Shown here: positions 10,499-20,273 of the stretch, one piece after another
Numbering within the stretch: position 1 is the first letter of the stretch
Layout: each line of letters opens with the position of its first letter
NCBI GenBank assembly: GCA_963666485.2
Contig: CAXXUO010000001.1
Location: 1,152,001-1,216,000 of the forward strand
Source of the DNA: Syntrophorhabdaceae bacterium
GTDB taxonomy: Bacteria; Desulfobacterota; Syntrophorhabdia; Syntrophorhabdales; Syntrophorhabdaceae
Direction: 5' to 3'
Length of the DNA: 64,000 nt
Translations under genes and position numbers: made by a program
Notes under the pieces: model-generated
Seen by the model: the letters and a program-made list of their open reading frames with translations, nothing else
Told to the model about the DNA's origin: nothing
The model's database searches: none

Positions 10499-10616
10499 GG
10501 TTCAAGGTTCAAAGTTCAAGGTTCAAAGTTAAAAGAACAGTACGGCCGGTCTTTCAACCGAAATTGATTTAAAATCACCAAATTATTTTCCTGTTTTTAA
10601 CCTTGAACCTTGAACT
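10499..10616. repeat. Inverted heptamer arrays (RGTTCAA)5 ... (TTGAACY)3
   Basis: Arrays at 10499-10533 and 10596-10616. Confidence 0.9.
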
Positions 10617-10622
10617 CTAAAG

Positions 10623-10654
10623 AAAAACCCCGGACAAGATGTCCGGGGTTTTTT
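10623..10654. terminator. Bidirectional intrinsic terminator
   Basis: AAAAA-CCCCGGACA-aga-TGTCCGGGG-TTTTTT between convergent genes. Confidence 0.9.
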
Positions 10655-10671
10655 ATTGAACGATTTGTTTA

Positions 10672-11901
10672 TTACAGCTTTTGCGCCAGGCCGAGCCTGT
10701 CGAGGGTTTCAAAATAGGCTTCGATGCGCGTCCGTACCTGGGATTCCGCGTAGAATCTCTGGTCTCCCATGTCGCTCTCGAAAACGAGTGCGGGGATGCC
10801 GGTCCTCTTCGTGAGAACGTCTTTGAGGGTCGGAACGGCGAAGGACACGGCCTTGCAGCTTCTGTTCATGAACATGATCATGCTGTTCATCGAATATTTC
10901 TTGAAAAGGTCCATCGCCATGTCGGCGCGGTCCTCGATCGTTGAGTTCGAGAAGCGGTTAACGTAGTTTTCGGCGAGAGTTTCCAGCGGGTCCTTGTTGA
11001 GATCGAACTCGAGGCTCCAGGCATGGACATAAAGGGACGTCAGGATGACGCCGCCATAGGAACCGAGCAATTTCGCATGGTCGCTGAACTTGAACCAGAC
11101 CGGGAGGTTCTCCCAGTAGAGCCGGTATTTTTCCTGGTCTCTCGGGAGGACGCCGATGCCCTGGTCGACCTTTGCCTGGATCTCGTCGCAGAGGGTCTGG
11201 TAGTAATCGACGCATTCCTGCGTGCCCCGGCGGTAGACGGCGATCGCCATACCGATGAGGGCGTCGAAGATGCTGATCGGCGATGGTTTGTACTGTGCCA
11301 TGTCGAGGAATTTCTTGTAAAGGATGCTCGAGGCGGCGGAGTATTTCATGACCTCTTTCAGCCGGTCATAGTCGAATTTTCTCTTCGTGACCTTTTCGAG
11401 CCAGCTGATGAGCTCTTTGAGCTGGAGAACACAGTATTTCACGATTTCCTTGCGCGCTTCCTTGTCCAGGATATGCTCCGGCGTATCGAAGACGAAGACG
11501 GGCAGGTCGCCCCTGCGTGCGAGGACCTGAAACCATTTCGTCAGCGTGAAGCACTGCGCGTTGCAGGCGAGGAAAAGGTCCGGATCGGGGATGCCTTTTG
11601 TAACGGTCACGCCGGTCTTGCGGTACCCGAGGTCGCTGCGGGCATACGCGCACAGGTGGTTTGTGTATCCCATGCTCTCGACGACCGAGCACAGCTCGAC
11701 GCCTTTCTTGGCAGTCAGGTTGGCAACGGCATGGTTCTCGGGATATATGGGAACGATGTCATGTGCAACGAAGAGCTCGACGGGCGAGATGGCCGTCGTG
11801 TACCCGACGAGCTTGCCGTTCTCGCGGGCATGAAAGGCATCCTCCATGTATTCGTCGGTGATCTTCCTCGATAGTTGTTTTGAAGTCAGCTTTTCGCTCA
11901 T
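10672..11901 (-). CDS. 2-hydroxyacyl-CoA dehydratase / benzoyl-CoA reductase family subunit (HgdA/BzdO-like)
   Basis: YPENH, LCAYAR, CNAQC, NRSCK, FESDMGD, TRIEAYFE. Confidence 0.85.
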   Translation of the reverse strand: MSEKLTSKQLSRKITDEYMEDAFHARENGKLVGYTTAISPVELFVAHDIVPIYPENHAVANLTAKKGVELCSVVESMGYTNHLCAYARSDLGYRKTGVTVTKGIPDPDLFLACNAQCFTLTKWFQVLARRGDLPVFVFDTPEHILDKEARKEIVKYCVLQLKELISWLEKVTKRKFDYDRLKEVMKYSAASSILYKKFLDMAQYKPSPISIFDALIGMAIAVYRRGTQECVDYYQTLCDEIQAKVDQGIGVLPRDQEKYRLYWENLPVWFKFSDHAKLLGSYGGVILTSLYVHAWSLEFDLNKDPLETLAENYVNRFSNSTIEDRADMAMDLFKKYSMNSMIMFMNRSCKAVSFAVPTLKDVLTKRTGIPALVFESDMGDQRFYAESQVRTRIEAYFETLDRLGLAQKL

Positions 11902-13031
11902 AATGATCCCCCTTTGAGAGATTCGAAGAATGCCTGTGCCCTGGTCAGGACATGAGACAATGATGTTGTCTGGTATTCGGTGTCAAGGACGTGCATCGGT
12001 ATGCCTTCCTTCTTGATCATGTCTTTCAGGTCCGGCAGGTCATATTCCTGCGATTCGCAGAATTCGATGTGGATGTAAATGACTGCCTTTGCCTTTGTCT
12101 CGTTGTACAGCTTTTTCACTTCTTCGAAATTCTTGTAAACGTTGTCATGGATCGGCGAGAAGAACCCGCGGGTGAAGTGCCTGTCCGTCAGGGCCTGTAC
12201 GGGGTCGCCGTTCGTCGATGCCGCGCCCTGCAGGTAGCGTGAGCCGGTAACAAGCGTGTCGCCGATGATGTTGACCTTGAGATCGTCGAAAATATCGAAC
12301 ACCTCGGGCGGGTCGCAGGTGATTCCCACCATGACGACATCCGTGTAACCTTTACCTTTCTTCGGCTTCAGTCCGTCCTTGACCGCTTTCAATGTTTTGT
12401 TGAACTCGGCCTTGTCGACCTGCTGGGAAACCTTCATGAGCGCGAAGAACTGCTTGTTCGTCAGGGTCCCCGGGTTGTTGCGCTTGATGTCGTAAAGCTC
12501 GGCAAGGAGCTTCTTTGTTTCGTTATGCAGTGCTATCGATTTGTTCAGCGCATCGCTGCTCAGCTTTTTCCCGGTCCATTTTTCTAAGGACTCGATAAGC
12601 CGTTCGATCTCTTCCTTGACCCAGTAGTGCGCGCTCGGCCTGTCGGCCTGACGGGGTGCGAGATAGCTGTGGACATACTTGTCAGGGAAGTTGATGCGCC
12701 ATATGTCGGAAAGGTGCTGCGTGGTATCGCAGACCTGCGGCAAAACGAAACCACTGAAAAGGTCCCCTTCGTAGCTCAACGCAAGTTCGAGGTTGCTCCG
12801 TGCGAGTGAACAGGCATTGTCAGGAAGATGGCTCGGGGCCTTCTTTAAGGGTTTATGAGTACCAAGAATTGTCACGGGGAGGAGGTCAAAGGCGTATATG
12901 ACCTCTTCGGGAACATCGGCGATGGTACTCCCAACTACTTTCTTTCCTGTATCTCTGGCCCATTGGCGGATGGAAGGATACGGATCCTTAGCGAGTGCAA
13001 CAACATCTTTCAGATTTAGACTTTCCCACAT
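11898..13031 (-). CDS. 2-hydroxyacyl-CoA dehydratase family subunit (HgdB/BzdN-like)
   Basis: VPEEVIYAF, ACSLAR, VCDT, EFCES, TRAQAFFE. Confidence 0.85.
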   Translation of the reverse strand: MWESLNLKDVVALAKDPYPSIRQWARDTGKKVVGSTIADVPEEVIYAFDLLPVTILGTHKPLKKAPSHLPDNACSLARSNLELALSYEGDLFSGFVLPQVCDTTQHLSDIWRINFPDKYVHSYLAPRQADRPSAHYWVKEEIERLIESLEKWTGKKLSSDALNKSIALHNETKKLLAELYDIKRNNPGTLTNKQFFALMKVSQQVDKAEFNKTLKAVKDGLKPKKGKGYTDVVMVGITCDPPEVFDIFDDLKVNIIGDTLVTGSRYLQGAASTNGDPVQALTDRHFTRGFFSPIHDNVYKNFEEVKKLYNETKAKAVIYIHIEFCESQEYDLPDLKDMIKKEGIPMHVLDTEYQTTSLSHVLTRAQAFFESLKGGSL

Positions 13032-13046
13032 AACCCCTCCAAGGAA

Positions 13047-13064
13047 TGATGAAAAATTTCACTA
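13047..13064. promoter_or_regulatory. Candidate Rex operator TGATGAA-AAAT-TTCACTA
   Basis: 11 of 14 positions match TTGTGAA-N4-TTCACAA; lies directly downstream of the -10 box. Confidence 0.55.
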
Positions 13065-13094
13065 ATTATATGAAGGTTCCCCATATATTGTCAA
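13065..13094 (-). promoter_or_regulatory. Sigma70 promoter TTGACA-N18-TATAAT for the dehydratase operon
   Basis: Perfect consensus hexamers on the minus strand. Confidence 0.8.
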
Positions 13095-13184
13095 GGTAAG
13101 TTTGGAGGAGAAAAACCCTTTAAATTAAGCCAAATTGGCGCTGTATTGCCCCGGGTGCGGCACGCAGGCCCCGGCCGAGCTGCG

Positions 13185-13502
13185 TCAGGCGGTCTCCTGC
13201 TCCACCCATGCTGCGTAATCATCGAGCGCGTTCGGGACAGATAAAGCAATGATTTCGGGTACTTCATAGGGATGGAGCTTTCGTATCACAGCTTCGGCCA
13301 CGTGATAGAGGGCTTCCTTCGTCTTCATGATACAGTACCACTCGTCGGTCTCTTCGACGTTGCCTTTCCACCGGTATATGCTCCGGATGGGCCCGGCGAC
13401 CTGGCAGCAGGCAACCAGCTTCTCCTCTACAAGCTGCCTTCCGATCTCTTCAGCCTTCTGTCTGTCGTTTACGGTTGTGATTATTTGAACAATGCGCGGC
13501 AT
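13185..13502 (-). CDS. cutA: Divalent-cation tolerance protein CutA
   Basis: LVEEKLVAC, SIYRWKG, HPYEVPEII. Confidence 0.95.
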   Translation of the reverse strand: MPRIVQIITTVNDRQKAEEIGRQLVEEKLVACCQVAGPIRSIYRWKGNVEETDEWYCIMKTKEALYHVAEAVIRKLHPYEVPEIIALSVPNALDDYAAWVEQETA

Positions 13503-13644
13503 CCTGTTCCCTCCTCTATCCCCTGTCCCTCAAGGCGTTCCCGAACGGTGCGGGATGGAGAATTTAACTTGAAATTATGGGAGATTTCATATATTTTTCT
13601 ATGCTACAATAGCGATTGCATGTTTTCAAGCGACAGGGGTTTTT

Positions 13645-14235
13645 ATGTTCCAGGTAAACGAAGGGAATGCGATCATTCTGGCAAGTGAGTCCACGCGCCG
13701 CGTGGACATCCTGCGGATGCTCGGCATCCCGTTCTCTATAATTCCTCCCGATATAGACGAGACGAGGAGGGAAGGCGAGATGCCGCGGGAGTTCGCTTTA
13801 AGGATCTCCTACGAAAAAGCGAACAAGGTCGGGAAGCTCTTCCCTGACAAGTGGGTCATCGGGGCCGATACCATCGTGGTGTACAAGAATAAGATCCTGG
13901 GAAAGCCTGCGGGAGAAGCCGATGCCTTCAGGATGCTGCAGCTCTTGAAGGGTAAGTGGCACAAGGTCATAACAGGTTTCTGCGTCCTGAACATAACGAA
14001 AGACATCATTTACCGTGACGCCGTCGAGACCAGGGTTTTTATGAAGGACCTCATCGACCGGGAAATAATGAAATACATAAACACGTCCGAACCGCTGGAC
14101 AAGGCGGGCTCGTACGCCGTCCAGGGAAAGGGCGGGTACATGGTGAAAGAGATAAAGGGGTCCTACTCGAACGTCGTCGGATTGCCTATCTGCGAGGTGT
14201 CGGAGGTCCTTCTTTCGCTCGGCGTCCTTTCATGA
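13645..14235 (+). CDS. maf: Maf family nucleoside triphosphate pyrophosphatase
   Basis: IILASES.RR, IGADTIV, ILGKP, DKAGSY, NVVGLP. Confidence 0.93.
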   Translation: MFQVNEGNAIILASESTRRVDILRMLGIPFSIIPPDIDETRREGEMPREFALRISYEKANKVGKLFPDKWVIGADTIVVYKNKILGKPAGEADAFRMLQLLKGKWHKVITGFCVLNITKDIIYRDAVETRVFMKDLIDREIMKYINTSEPLDKAGSYAVQGKGGYMVKEIKGSYSNVVGLPICEVSEVLLSLGVLS

Positions 14236-14906
14236 ACGACATCGCGCATGCCCTTGAAGCTGTCCGTGAAAGGATAAGGCGGGCCTGCGAGAAAGCCGGG
14301 CGCGACACAGAAGATGTTACGTTGATCGCCGTCACGAAAACGGTTGATGCCTCCCGGGTTGCAGACGCGATACGGGCCGGTGTCAGAGATGTAGGCGAGA
14401 ATTACATACAGGAAGCGAAGGCGAAGATCGAGGCGCTCGGGCCCGAAAAGGCCCGCTGGCACATGATAGGACATGTCCAGAGCAACAAGGTCAAGTACCT
14501 GCCGGCATTGTTCGACTGTATCCATACTATCGACCGGCCGGACATGCTCGACCGGCTGGAGCGTTTTGAGAAGCCGATGGACGTCCTGTTCGAGGTGAAC
14601 ATTGCAGGCGAGCTGTCGAAAAGCGGGACGGATGCCGCAGGGCTCGAAAAGCTCGTTGAAAAGGCGCGTACGTTGAGGTATTTACGGCCCGTGGGCCTTA
14701 TGACCATGCCGCCCTATACGGCGGACCCGGAAGGTGCGAGGCTGTATTTCAAGAGGCTTAAGGAAACACTGACCGAAATGAACCGGAAATTCGGGGTCGA
14801 CATGAAGGAGCTTTCTATGGGAATGTCTTCTGATTTTGAGGTCGCCATCGAGGAAGGGGCCACGATGGTGCGCGTCGGTACGGCCCTGTTTGGAGCGAGA
14901 TCATGA
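14232..14906 (+). CDS. yggS: PLP homeostasis protein YggS
   Basis: AVTK, GENYIQE, WHMIGHVQSNK, LSMGMSSDF, VRVGTALFG. Confidence 0.95.
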   Translation: MNDIAHALEAVRERIRRACEKAGRDTEDVTLIAVTKTVDASRVADAIRAGVRDVGENYIQEAKAKIEALGPEKARWHMIGHVQSNKVKYLPALFDCIHTIDRPDMLDRLERFEKPMDVLFEVNIAGELSKSGTDAAGLEKLVEKARTLRYLRPVGLMTMPPYTADPEGARLYFKRLKETLTEMNRKFGVDMKELSMGMSSDFEVAIEEGATMVRVGTALFGARS

Positions 14907-16273
14907 AACCGTGGGGAGGCAGGTTCAAAGAAGGGACGGACCCGCTGCTCGAGCGGTTCAGCGCGTCGATAGATTTCGACCGCAAGCTCTACCGCCACGA
15001 CATAAAGGGCAGCAAGGCCCACGCCGAAATGCTGGAAAAGATCGGCATCCTCACGAAGGCGGAGAAAAAGGCCATCATGAAAGGGCTCGACGAGATAGAG
15101 AAAGAGATCGAGTCCGGGGAATTCCGGTTCTCCGACGCGCTCGAAGATATCCACATGCATATCGAGACACGGCTCATCGAAAAGACCGCGGCAGGCAAGA
15201 AGCTCCACACCGGCCGGAGCCGGAATGACCAGATATCCCTCGATATGAGGCTTTTCGTCAAGGATGAGCTTGAAGAACTCGACGAGCGGCTCCTCGCCCT
15301 GCTTAGGGCGATGGTGACGAAGGCTGCATCAGGGTTCGCCGTCATGATGCCCGGGTACACCCATTTGCAGCGGGCCCAGGTAGTGCCATTCGCCCATTAC
15401 CTCCTCGCCCACTACTATGCCGTGAAGAGGGACCGGTCGAGGGTTCAGGCGGCCTTTGTGACGGCCGATGTCATGCCGCTCGGCAGCGGGGCCCTTGCGG
15501 GGTCGACGATCCCCCTTGACCGTGAATTCGTCAGGAAAAAACTCGGATTTGCACGGTTATCGGAGAACAGCATGGATGCCGTCGCGGACCGGGATTTTAT
15601 CATGGACGCCGTCTATGCAGCCGCCATGATCATGACGCATTTAAGCCGCCTGGCGGAAGACCTGATACTCTTTGCCACCCAGGAATACGCGTTCATAGCG
15701 TTGCCTGACAAGCTCACGACCGGCTCGAGCCTCATGCCGCACAAAAAGAACCCGGACGCGCTCGAGCTTATCCGCGGCAAGACGGGCAGGGTGCTCGGGG
15801 ATATCTTCGGGCTTTTCACCCTTTTAAAGGGGTTGCCTTATACGTACAACCGCGATCTCCAGGAAGATAAGGAGCCGATGTTCCACGCCCTCGCGACGGC
15901 CCGGGATGCGCTCGCCATCATGACGCTGTGCATCGAAGGGTTGACCGTCATGAAAAATGCCATGGAAAAGGCGGCCGGAGAAGGTTTCATGCCGGCGGTC
16001 GAACTGGCGGAATACCTGACGGTGAAAGGTGTGCCGTTCAGACAGGCCCATGGTATCGCAGGCCAGGCTGTGCGCCAGTGCGAGGAGTCCGGTATTCTGC
16101 TCGACAGGATGCCGCTCAATCAATTGAAAAAACTGTCCCCGTTGTTTGAAAAGGATGTTTTTGAATATATCAGGCCGCGCAACGCCCTGCGCGTGCGGAA
16201 ATCCAAAGGAAGCGCCTCGTTCGACGAGGTGAAGAAGGCCATCGATGCGGAAAAGAAATATCTGGGTCTTTAA
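14903..16273 (+). CDS. argH: Argininosuccinate lyase
   Basis: WGGRF, LHTGRSRNDQ, PGYTHLQRAQ, TGSSLMPHKKNPD, YNRDLQEDK. Confidence 0.97.
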   Translation: MKPWGGRFKEGTDPLLERFSASIDFDRKLYRHDIKGSKAHAEMLEKIGILTKAEKKAIMKGLDEIEKEIESGEFRFSDALEDIHMHIETRLIEKTAAGKKLHTGRSRNDQISLDMRLFVKDELEELDERLLALLRAMVTKAASGFAVMMPGYTHLQRAQVVPFAHYLLAHYYAVKRDRSRVQAAFVTADVMPLGSGALAGSTIPLDREFVRKKLGFARLSENSMDAVADRDFIMDAVYAAAMIMTHLSRLAEDLILFATQEYAFIALPDKLTTGSSLMPHKKNPDALELIRGKTGRVLGDIFGLFTLLKGLPYTYNRDLQEDKEPMFHALATARDALAIMTLCIEGLTVMKNAMEKAAGEGFMPAVELAEYLTVKGVPFRQAHGIAGQAVRQCEESGILLDRMPLNQLKKLSPLFEKDVFEYIRPRNALRVRKSKGSASFDEVKKAIDAEKKYLGL

Positions 16274-17264
16274 CGTTGTTTGCCTGTCCCTGTGTGCCGT
16301 CCTCGTCCTTGCATCGTGCGGCAAGAAGGGCAGCCCGGTGCCGATCAGGGTCGCAAAGGCCGGCATTATCGCCGATCTCAAAGCTGAAGAGAAGGACGGC
16401 GTGATCTTTTTGTCCTTTACCCCTCCCGCGCAGATCGAACCGAAAAAGAAGGGCGGCGAGCAGGATGTGAAGATCACAACTTTCAGGGTCGTTAAAGGGT
16501 GCGGCAACTGCCTTGCAGACCTTCAGCCCTTAAGGACGATAACCCTCGCCGAGAAAAAAGGGTATACGATCGCAGGCGGCAGGCTGTACATCTATGACGA
16601 TGATGTAACGGACGGCAGCGAGTACGCATACAGGGTCTACCCCGTGACCGAGAAAGGGACACAGGGCGAGGCCTCCAACACGGTCAACATCACCTGGAGG
16701 CAGCCGCCCGGACCTCCGGGCCCGGTGAAGGTCGAGGAAAGCGATGCGCGCGTAGAGTTGTCGTGGACGAAACGGGAAGGGTTTCTCTACAATATCTACC
16801 GCTGGGACAACGGATTGTACCCGGTCCTGGCCCTCAATCCGCGGCCTATCCCGACGCCGCTTTACATGGATGCCGGGTTGACGAATGGCCAGACCTACCT
16901 CTATGAGGTCAGGCAGGTCAAGGCATCCGCGCCGGGTGTCGAGGGCGAAGGGACCAAGGTAAGTGCGACACCGAAGGACAAGACGCCGCCCGCGCCGCCT
17001 ATGCTGGTGAAGGCCGTAAAAAAAGGGAACGCTATTGCGCTCACCTGGGAGGCCAATACGGAAAAAGACCTTGCCGGATATAACGTCTATCGCATCACGG
17101 GTTCAAAGCCCGACAAGGTCAATGCGGCGCCCATCAAGGAAAATAAATTCACGGATACGGGCGCTCCTGATCATCGCTTCATTGCCTATCATGTCACGGC
17201 CGTCGATGTGGCCGGCAATGAAAGCAGCCCGTCCCAGGAAGCTATCATAACGTTGAAAGAGTGA
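16245..17264 (+). CDS. Lipoprotein with LptM/YifL-like lipobox (CGKKG) and fibronectin type III repeats
   Basis: LASCGKKG lipobox; FN3-like DLAGYNVYR, YHVTAVDVAGNES. Confidence 0.8.
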   Translation: MRKRNIWVFNVVCLSLCAVLVLASCGKKGSPVPIRVAKAGIIADLKAEEKDGVIFLSFTPPAQIEPKKKGGEQDVKITTFRVVKGCGNCLADLQPLRTITLAEKKGYTIAGGRLYIYDDDVTDGSEYAYRVYPVTEKGTQGEASNTVNITWRQPPGPPGPVKVEESDARVELSWTKREGFLYNIYRWDNGLYPVLALNPRPIPTPLYMDAGLTNGQTYLYEVRQVKASAPGVEGEGTKVSATPKDKTPPAPPMLVKAVKKGNAIALTWEANTEKDLAGYNVYRITGSKPDKVNAAPIKENKFTDTGAPDHRFIAYHVTAVDVAGNESSPSQEAIITLKE

Positions 17265-17268
17265 GGCC

Positions 17269-18533
17269 ATGGATTATTTCGAATACCGTGATGGAAAATT
17301 GTTTTGTGAAGATGTGCCGGTCAAGGCCATCGCACGGAAGGTGGGCACCCCCTTCTACCTGTACAGCCATGCGACGTTCGCGCGGCATTTCAACGTCTTT
17401 GACGGGGCATTCAGCCAGATCCCGCACATCGTATGCTACTCGCTGAAGGCCAACCCGAACGGGGCGCTTCTTAAGATCATCGCACAGTCGGGAGGCGGGG
17501 CGGACATCGTGTCGGGCGGGGAGCTTTTCAGGGCCCTGAACGCCGGGATCCCTGCCGACAGGATCGTCTATTCAGGTGTCGGGAAGAGCCCCGAGGAGCT
17601 CCGTTACGCGATCGAATCGGGCATCCGGATGATCAACATGGAGTCGGAAAGCGAATTCAAGACCTTGAGGAAGCTTTCGCGCAAAATGAAGCGAAGGGTC
17701 CCCGTCTCGATCCGGGTCAACCCCGAGATAGACCCCAAGACCCACCCGTACATAACGACGGGGCTCAAGAAGAACAAATTCGGCATCCTCTGGGAGGATG
17801 CAGCCCGGATCTACCGGGAAATAGCGGCCGAGGAATACCTCGCTCCTGTGGGGATCTCTTCCCACATCGGCTCGCAGATCCTCGAGCTCGGGCCCTTCAT
17901 CGAGGCAGTCACGTCGCTCAAGAGGATGATCCTCGAATTGCGGGGCCAGGGAATGGCGGTCGACATGCTCGATATCGGCGGAGGGCTCGGCATCACGTAC
18001 AAAGATGAACTGCCCCCCGGACCCGAAGGATTATGCCGGGGTCGTCGTTTGACAACCTCGGGGACATCGGGATCACGCTTATCCTCGAACCGGGACGGGT
18101 GATCGTCGGGAACAGCGGGATATTCGTCACGAAGATGCTGTATGTGAAGAAGACCGCCGGCAAGGTATTCTACATAGTGGACGGGGCGATGAATGACCTC
18201 GTGCGGCCATCCCTGTACAACGCTTATCACGATATCGTCCCGGTAGAGCAAAAAAAGAGAAAGGCGAAAGTGGTGGACCTTGTCGGGCCCATATGCGAAT
18301 CGGGGGATTTCCTGGCAAAAGACAGGGAACTTCCGGGACTCAAGGAAGGCGAGCTCGTTGCCGTCAAGAGCGCCGGGGCCTATGGTTATGCCATGTCGTC
18401 CAACTACAATTCGCGCCGCCGCGCACCCGAGGTCCTCGTCAAGGGCGATCAATTTTTCGTGGTCAGGAAAAGGGAGACGCTCAAGGACCTTGTGAGGGGA
18501 GAGAAGACACCGGCTTTTCTGGAGGTTGAATAA
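17269..18533 (+). CDS. lysA: Diaminopimelate decarboxylase, frameshifted near 18013-18050 (probable sequencing error)
   Basis: YSLKAN, SGVGK, HIGSQ, DIGGG in one frame; EPGR, GPICESGD, GAYG..MSSNYN in another. Confidence 0.92.
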
Positions 18534-18534
18534 A

Positions 18535-19346
18535 GTGATCGAACTGGAATTTTCAAAGATGAGCGCCAGCGGGAACGATTTTGTCATGATCGACAACCGG
18601 GACGGCAAGGTATATGACAGGTTCCCGACGTTCTGGACTTCGTGGCAAAGATATGCAGGTTCCACCACTCCGTCGGAGCGGATGGGGTCATACTTATCGA
18701 AAACTCGGCGCAGCACGATTTTCGCTGGAGATTCTTCAACGCGGATGGTTCGGAAGCAGAGATGTGCGGCAATGGGGGACGCTGCGCCGCCCGTTTTGCA
18801 TTCATGAACGGCATAGCCGGTGAAAAGATGTCCTTCGAAACGATAGCCGGCATCATAAAGGCCGAGGTCTTCGGGCAGAAGGTCAAGCTGCAGCTGACGA
18901 AGCCGGCCGACCTGAAACTCGATTACCCGCTCAACCTTGACGATAAGCAGTTCTTCGCGAGCAGCGTCAATACCGGGGTGCCGCACGCTGTCCTGCTCGT
19001 CGTCGATGTTGGCCAGGTAGCCGTTGACCAGCTTGGCAGGATGATTCGCTACCACAGCGCTTTCGGCAAAGCGGGAACGAACGTCAATTTCGTTCAGGTG
19101 CTCGACAAAACCAATGTAAAGATCAGGACGTACGAGAGGGGTGTCGAGGGAGAGACCTACGCGTGCGGGACGGGTGCCGTCGCATCGGGCGTCATCCTGA
19201 CCGAAAAATCACTCGTGACGAGCCCCGTCAATATCCACACAAAGGGCGGGGAGATCCTGAAGATCTATATAAACGACGAGGTTTACCTCGAAGGCGACGC
19301 AAAATTCATCTACAAGGGCCTGCTGCACGAAGAAGCCCTTTTGTAA
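18535..19346 (+). CDS. dapF: Diaminopimelate epimerase, frameshifted near 18625 (probable sequencing error)
   Basis: FSKMSASGNDF in one frame; GADG, AEMCGNG, NTGVPH, YERGVEGETYACGTG in another. Confidence 0.92.
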
Positions 19347-19356
19347 AGGAGATATC

Positions 19357-20253
19357 ATGGAACTGAAGGGTGTTTTTACAGCGCTTGTCACGCCTTTTCG
19401 CGACGGGAAAGTTGACGAGAAGGCTTTGAAAAAGCTTATTGATTTCCAGGTAGCGGGCGGGGTCGACGGGATCGTCCCCTGCGGCACGACCGGTGAGGCA
19501 CCGACGCTTTCCTACGAAGAGCACGAGAGGGTCATCGAGCTTGCCGTTAAATTTGCCGGCGGAAAGGTCCCTGTCATCGCCGGTACGGGATCGAATTGTA
19601 CCGAAGAGGCGATAGAACTTACAGCCAAGGCGAAAAAGCTGGGTGCCAATGCATGCCTGCTCACGACGCCGTACTATAACAAGCCGACCCAGGAAGGCAT
19701 GGTGAGCCATTTTACGGAAATCGCCAGAAAGACAGGCCTTCCCGTCGTTCTCTACAATATACCGGGACGCACCGGCGTGAACATGGCGCCGGAAACGGTC
19801 GCACGCCTGGCAAAGGTGAAAAACATCGTTGCCATTAAGGAAGCGGCAGGCTCGGTTACACAGGTCTCCGAGATATACCGGCTGACAAACGGCAAGTTCA
19901 CGATACTCTCCGGGGACGACGGCCTTTTCCTGCCCATGATGAGCGTCGGGGCGGTCGGGGTGATATCGGTCTTCTCGAACATCATGCCGAAAGAGCTCAA
20001 GGCCCTCTACAAGGCTTTCATGGTCGAAAAGAACATCGCGAAGGCGATCAGGCTCCATACGAAGTACATGCCTCTCTTTCAGAACCTGTTCATCGAAACG
20101 AACCCGATCCCCATCAAGGAGGCGATGTACAGGATGGGCATGATAGCACGCGAATACAGGCTTCCTTTATGCCCGATCTCGGACAAGAACGGGGAATTCC
20201 TGGCAGGCATCATGAAAGAGTACGGCCTCATCGGAAGATCGAAGAAAAAATAA
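19357..20253 (+). CDS. dapA: 4-hydroxy-tetrahydrodipicolinate synthase
   Basis: TALVTPF, GTTGE, PYYNKP, LYNIPGRT, IKEA, SGDD. Confidence 0.97.
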   Translation: MELKGVFTALVTPFRDGKVDEKALKKLIDFQVAGGVDGIVPCGTTGEAPTLSYEEHERVIELAVKFAGGKVPVIAGTGSNCTEEAIELTAKAKKLGANACLLTTPYYNKPTQEGMVSHFTEIARKTGLPVVLYNIPGRTGVNMAPETVARLAKVKNIVAIKEAAGSVTQVSEIYRLTNGKFTILSGDDGLFLPMMSVGAVGVISVFSNIMPKELKALYKAFMVEKNIAKAIRLHTKYMPLFQNLFIETNPIPIKEAMYRMGMIAREYRLPLCPISDKNGEFLAGIMKEYGLIGRSKKK

Positions 20254-20273
20254 AGGGACTCAAGGTGCCTACA

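Noticed and set aside
10499..10616. Repeats as a CRISPR array
   Set aside because: 7-nt tandem units with no unique spacers and no cas genes
10672..13031. Definite class I benzoyl-CoA reductase
   Set aside because: ATPase subunits are absent here and the family also includes 2-hydroxyacyl-CoA dehydratases
17269..19346. lysA and dapF as true pseudogenes or programmed frameshifts
   Set aside because: Only single-base homopolymer indels, catalytic motifs intact, no canonical slippery heptamer
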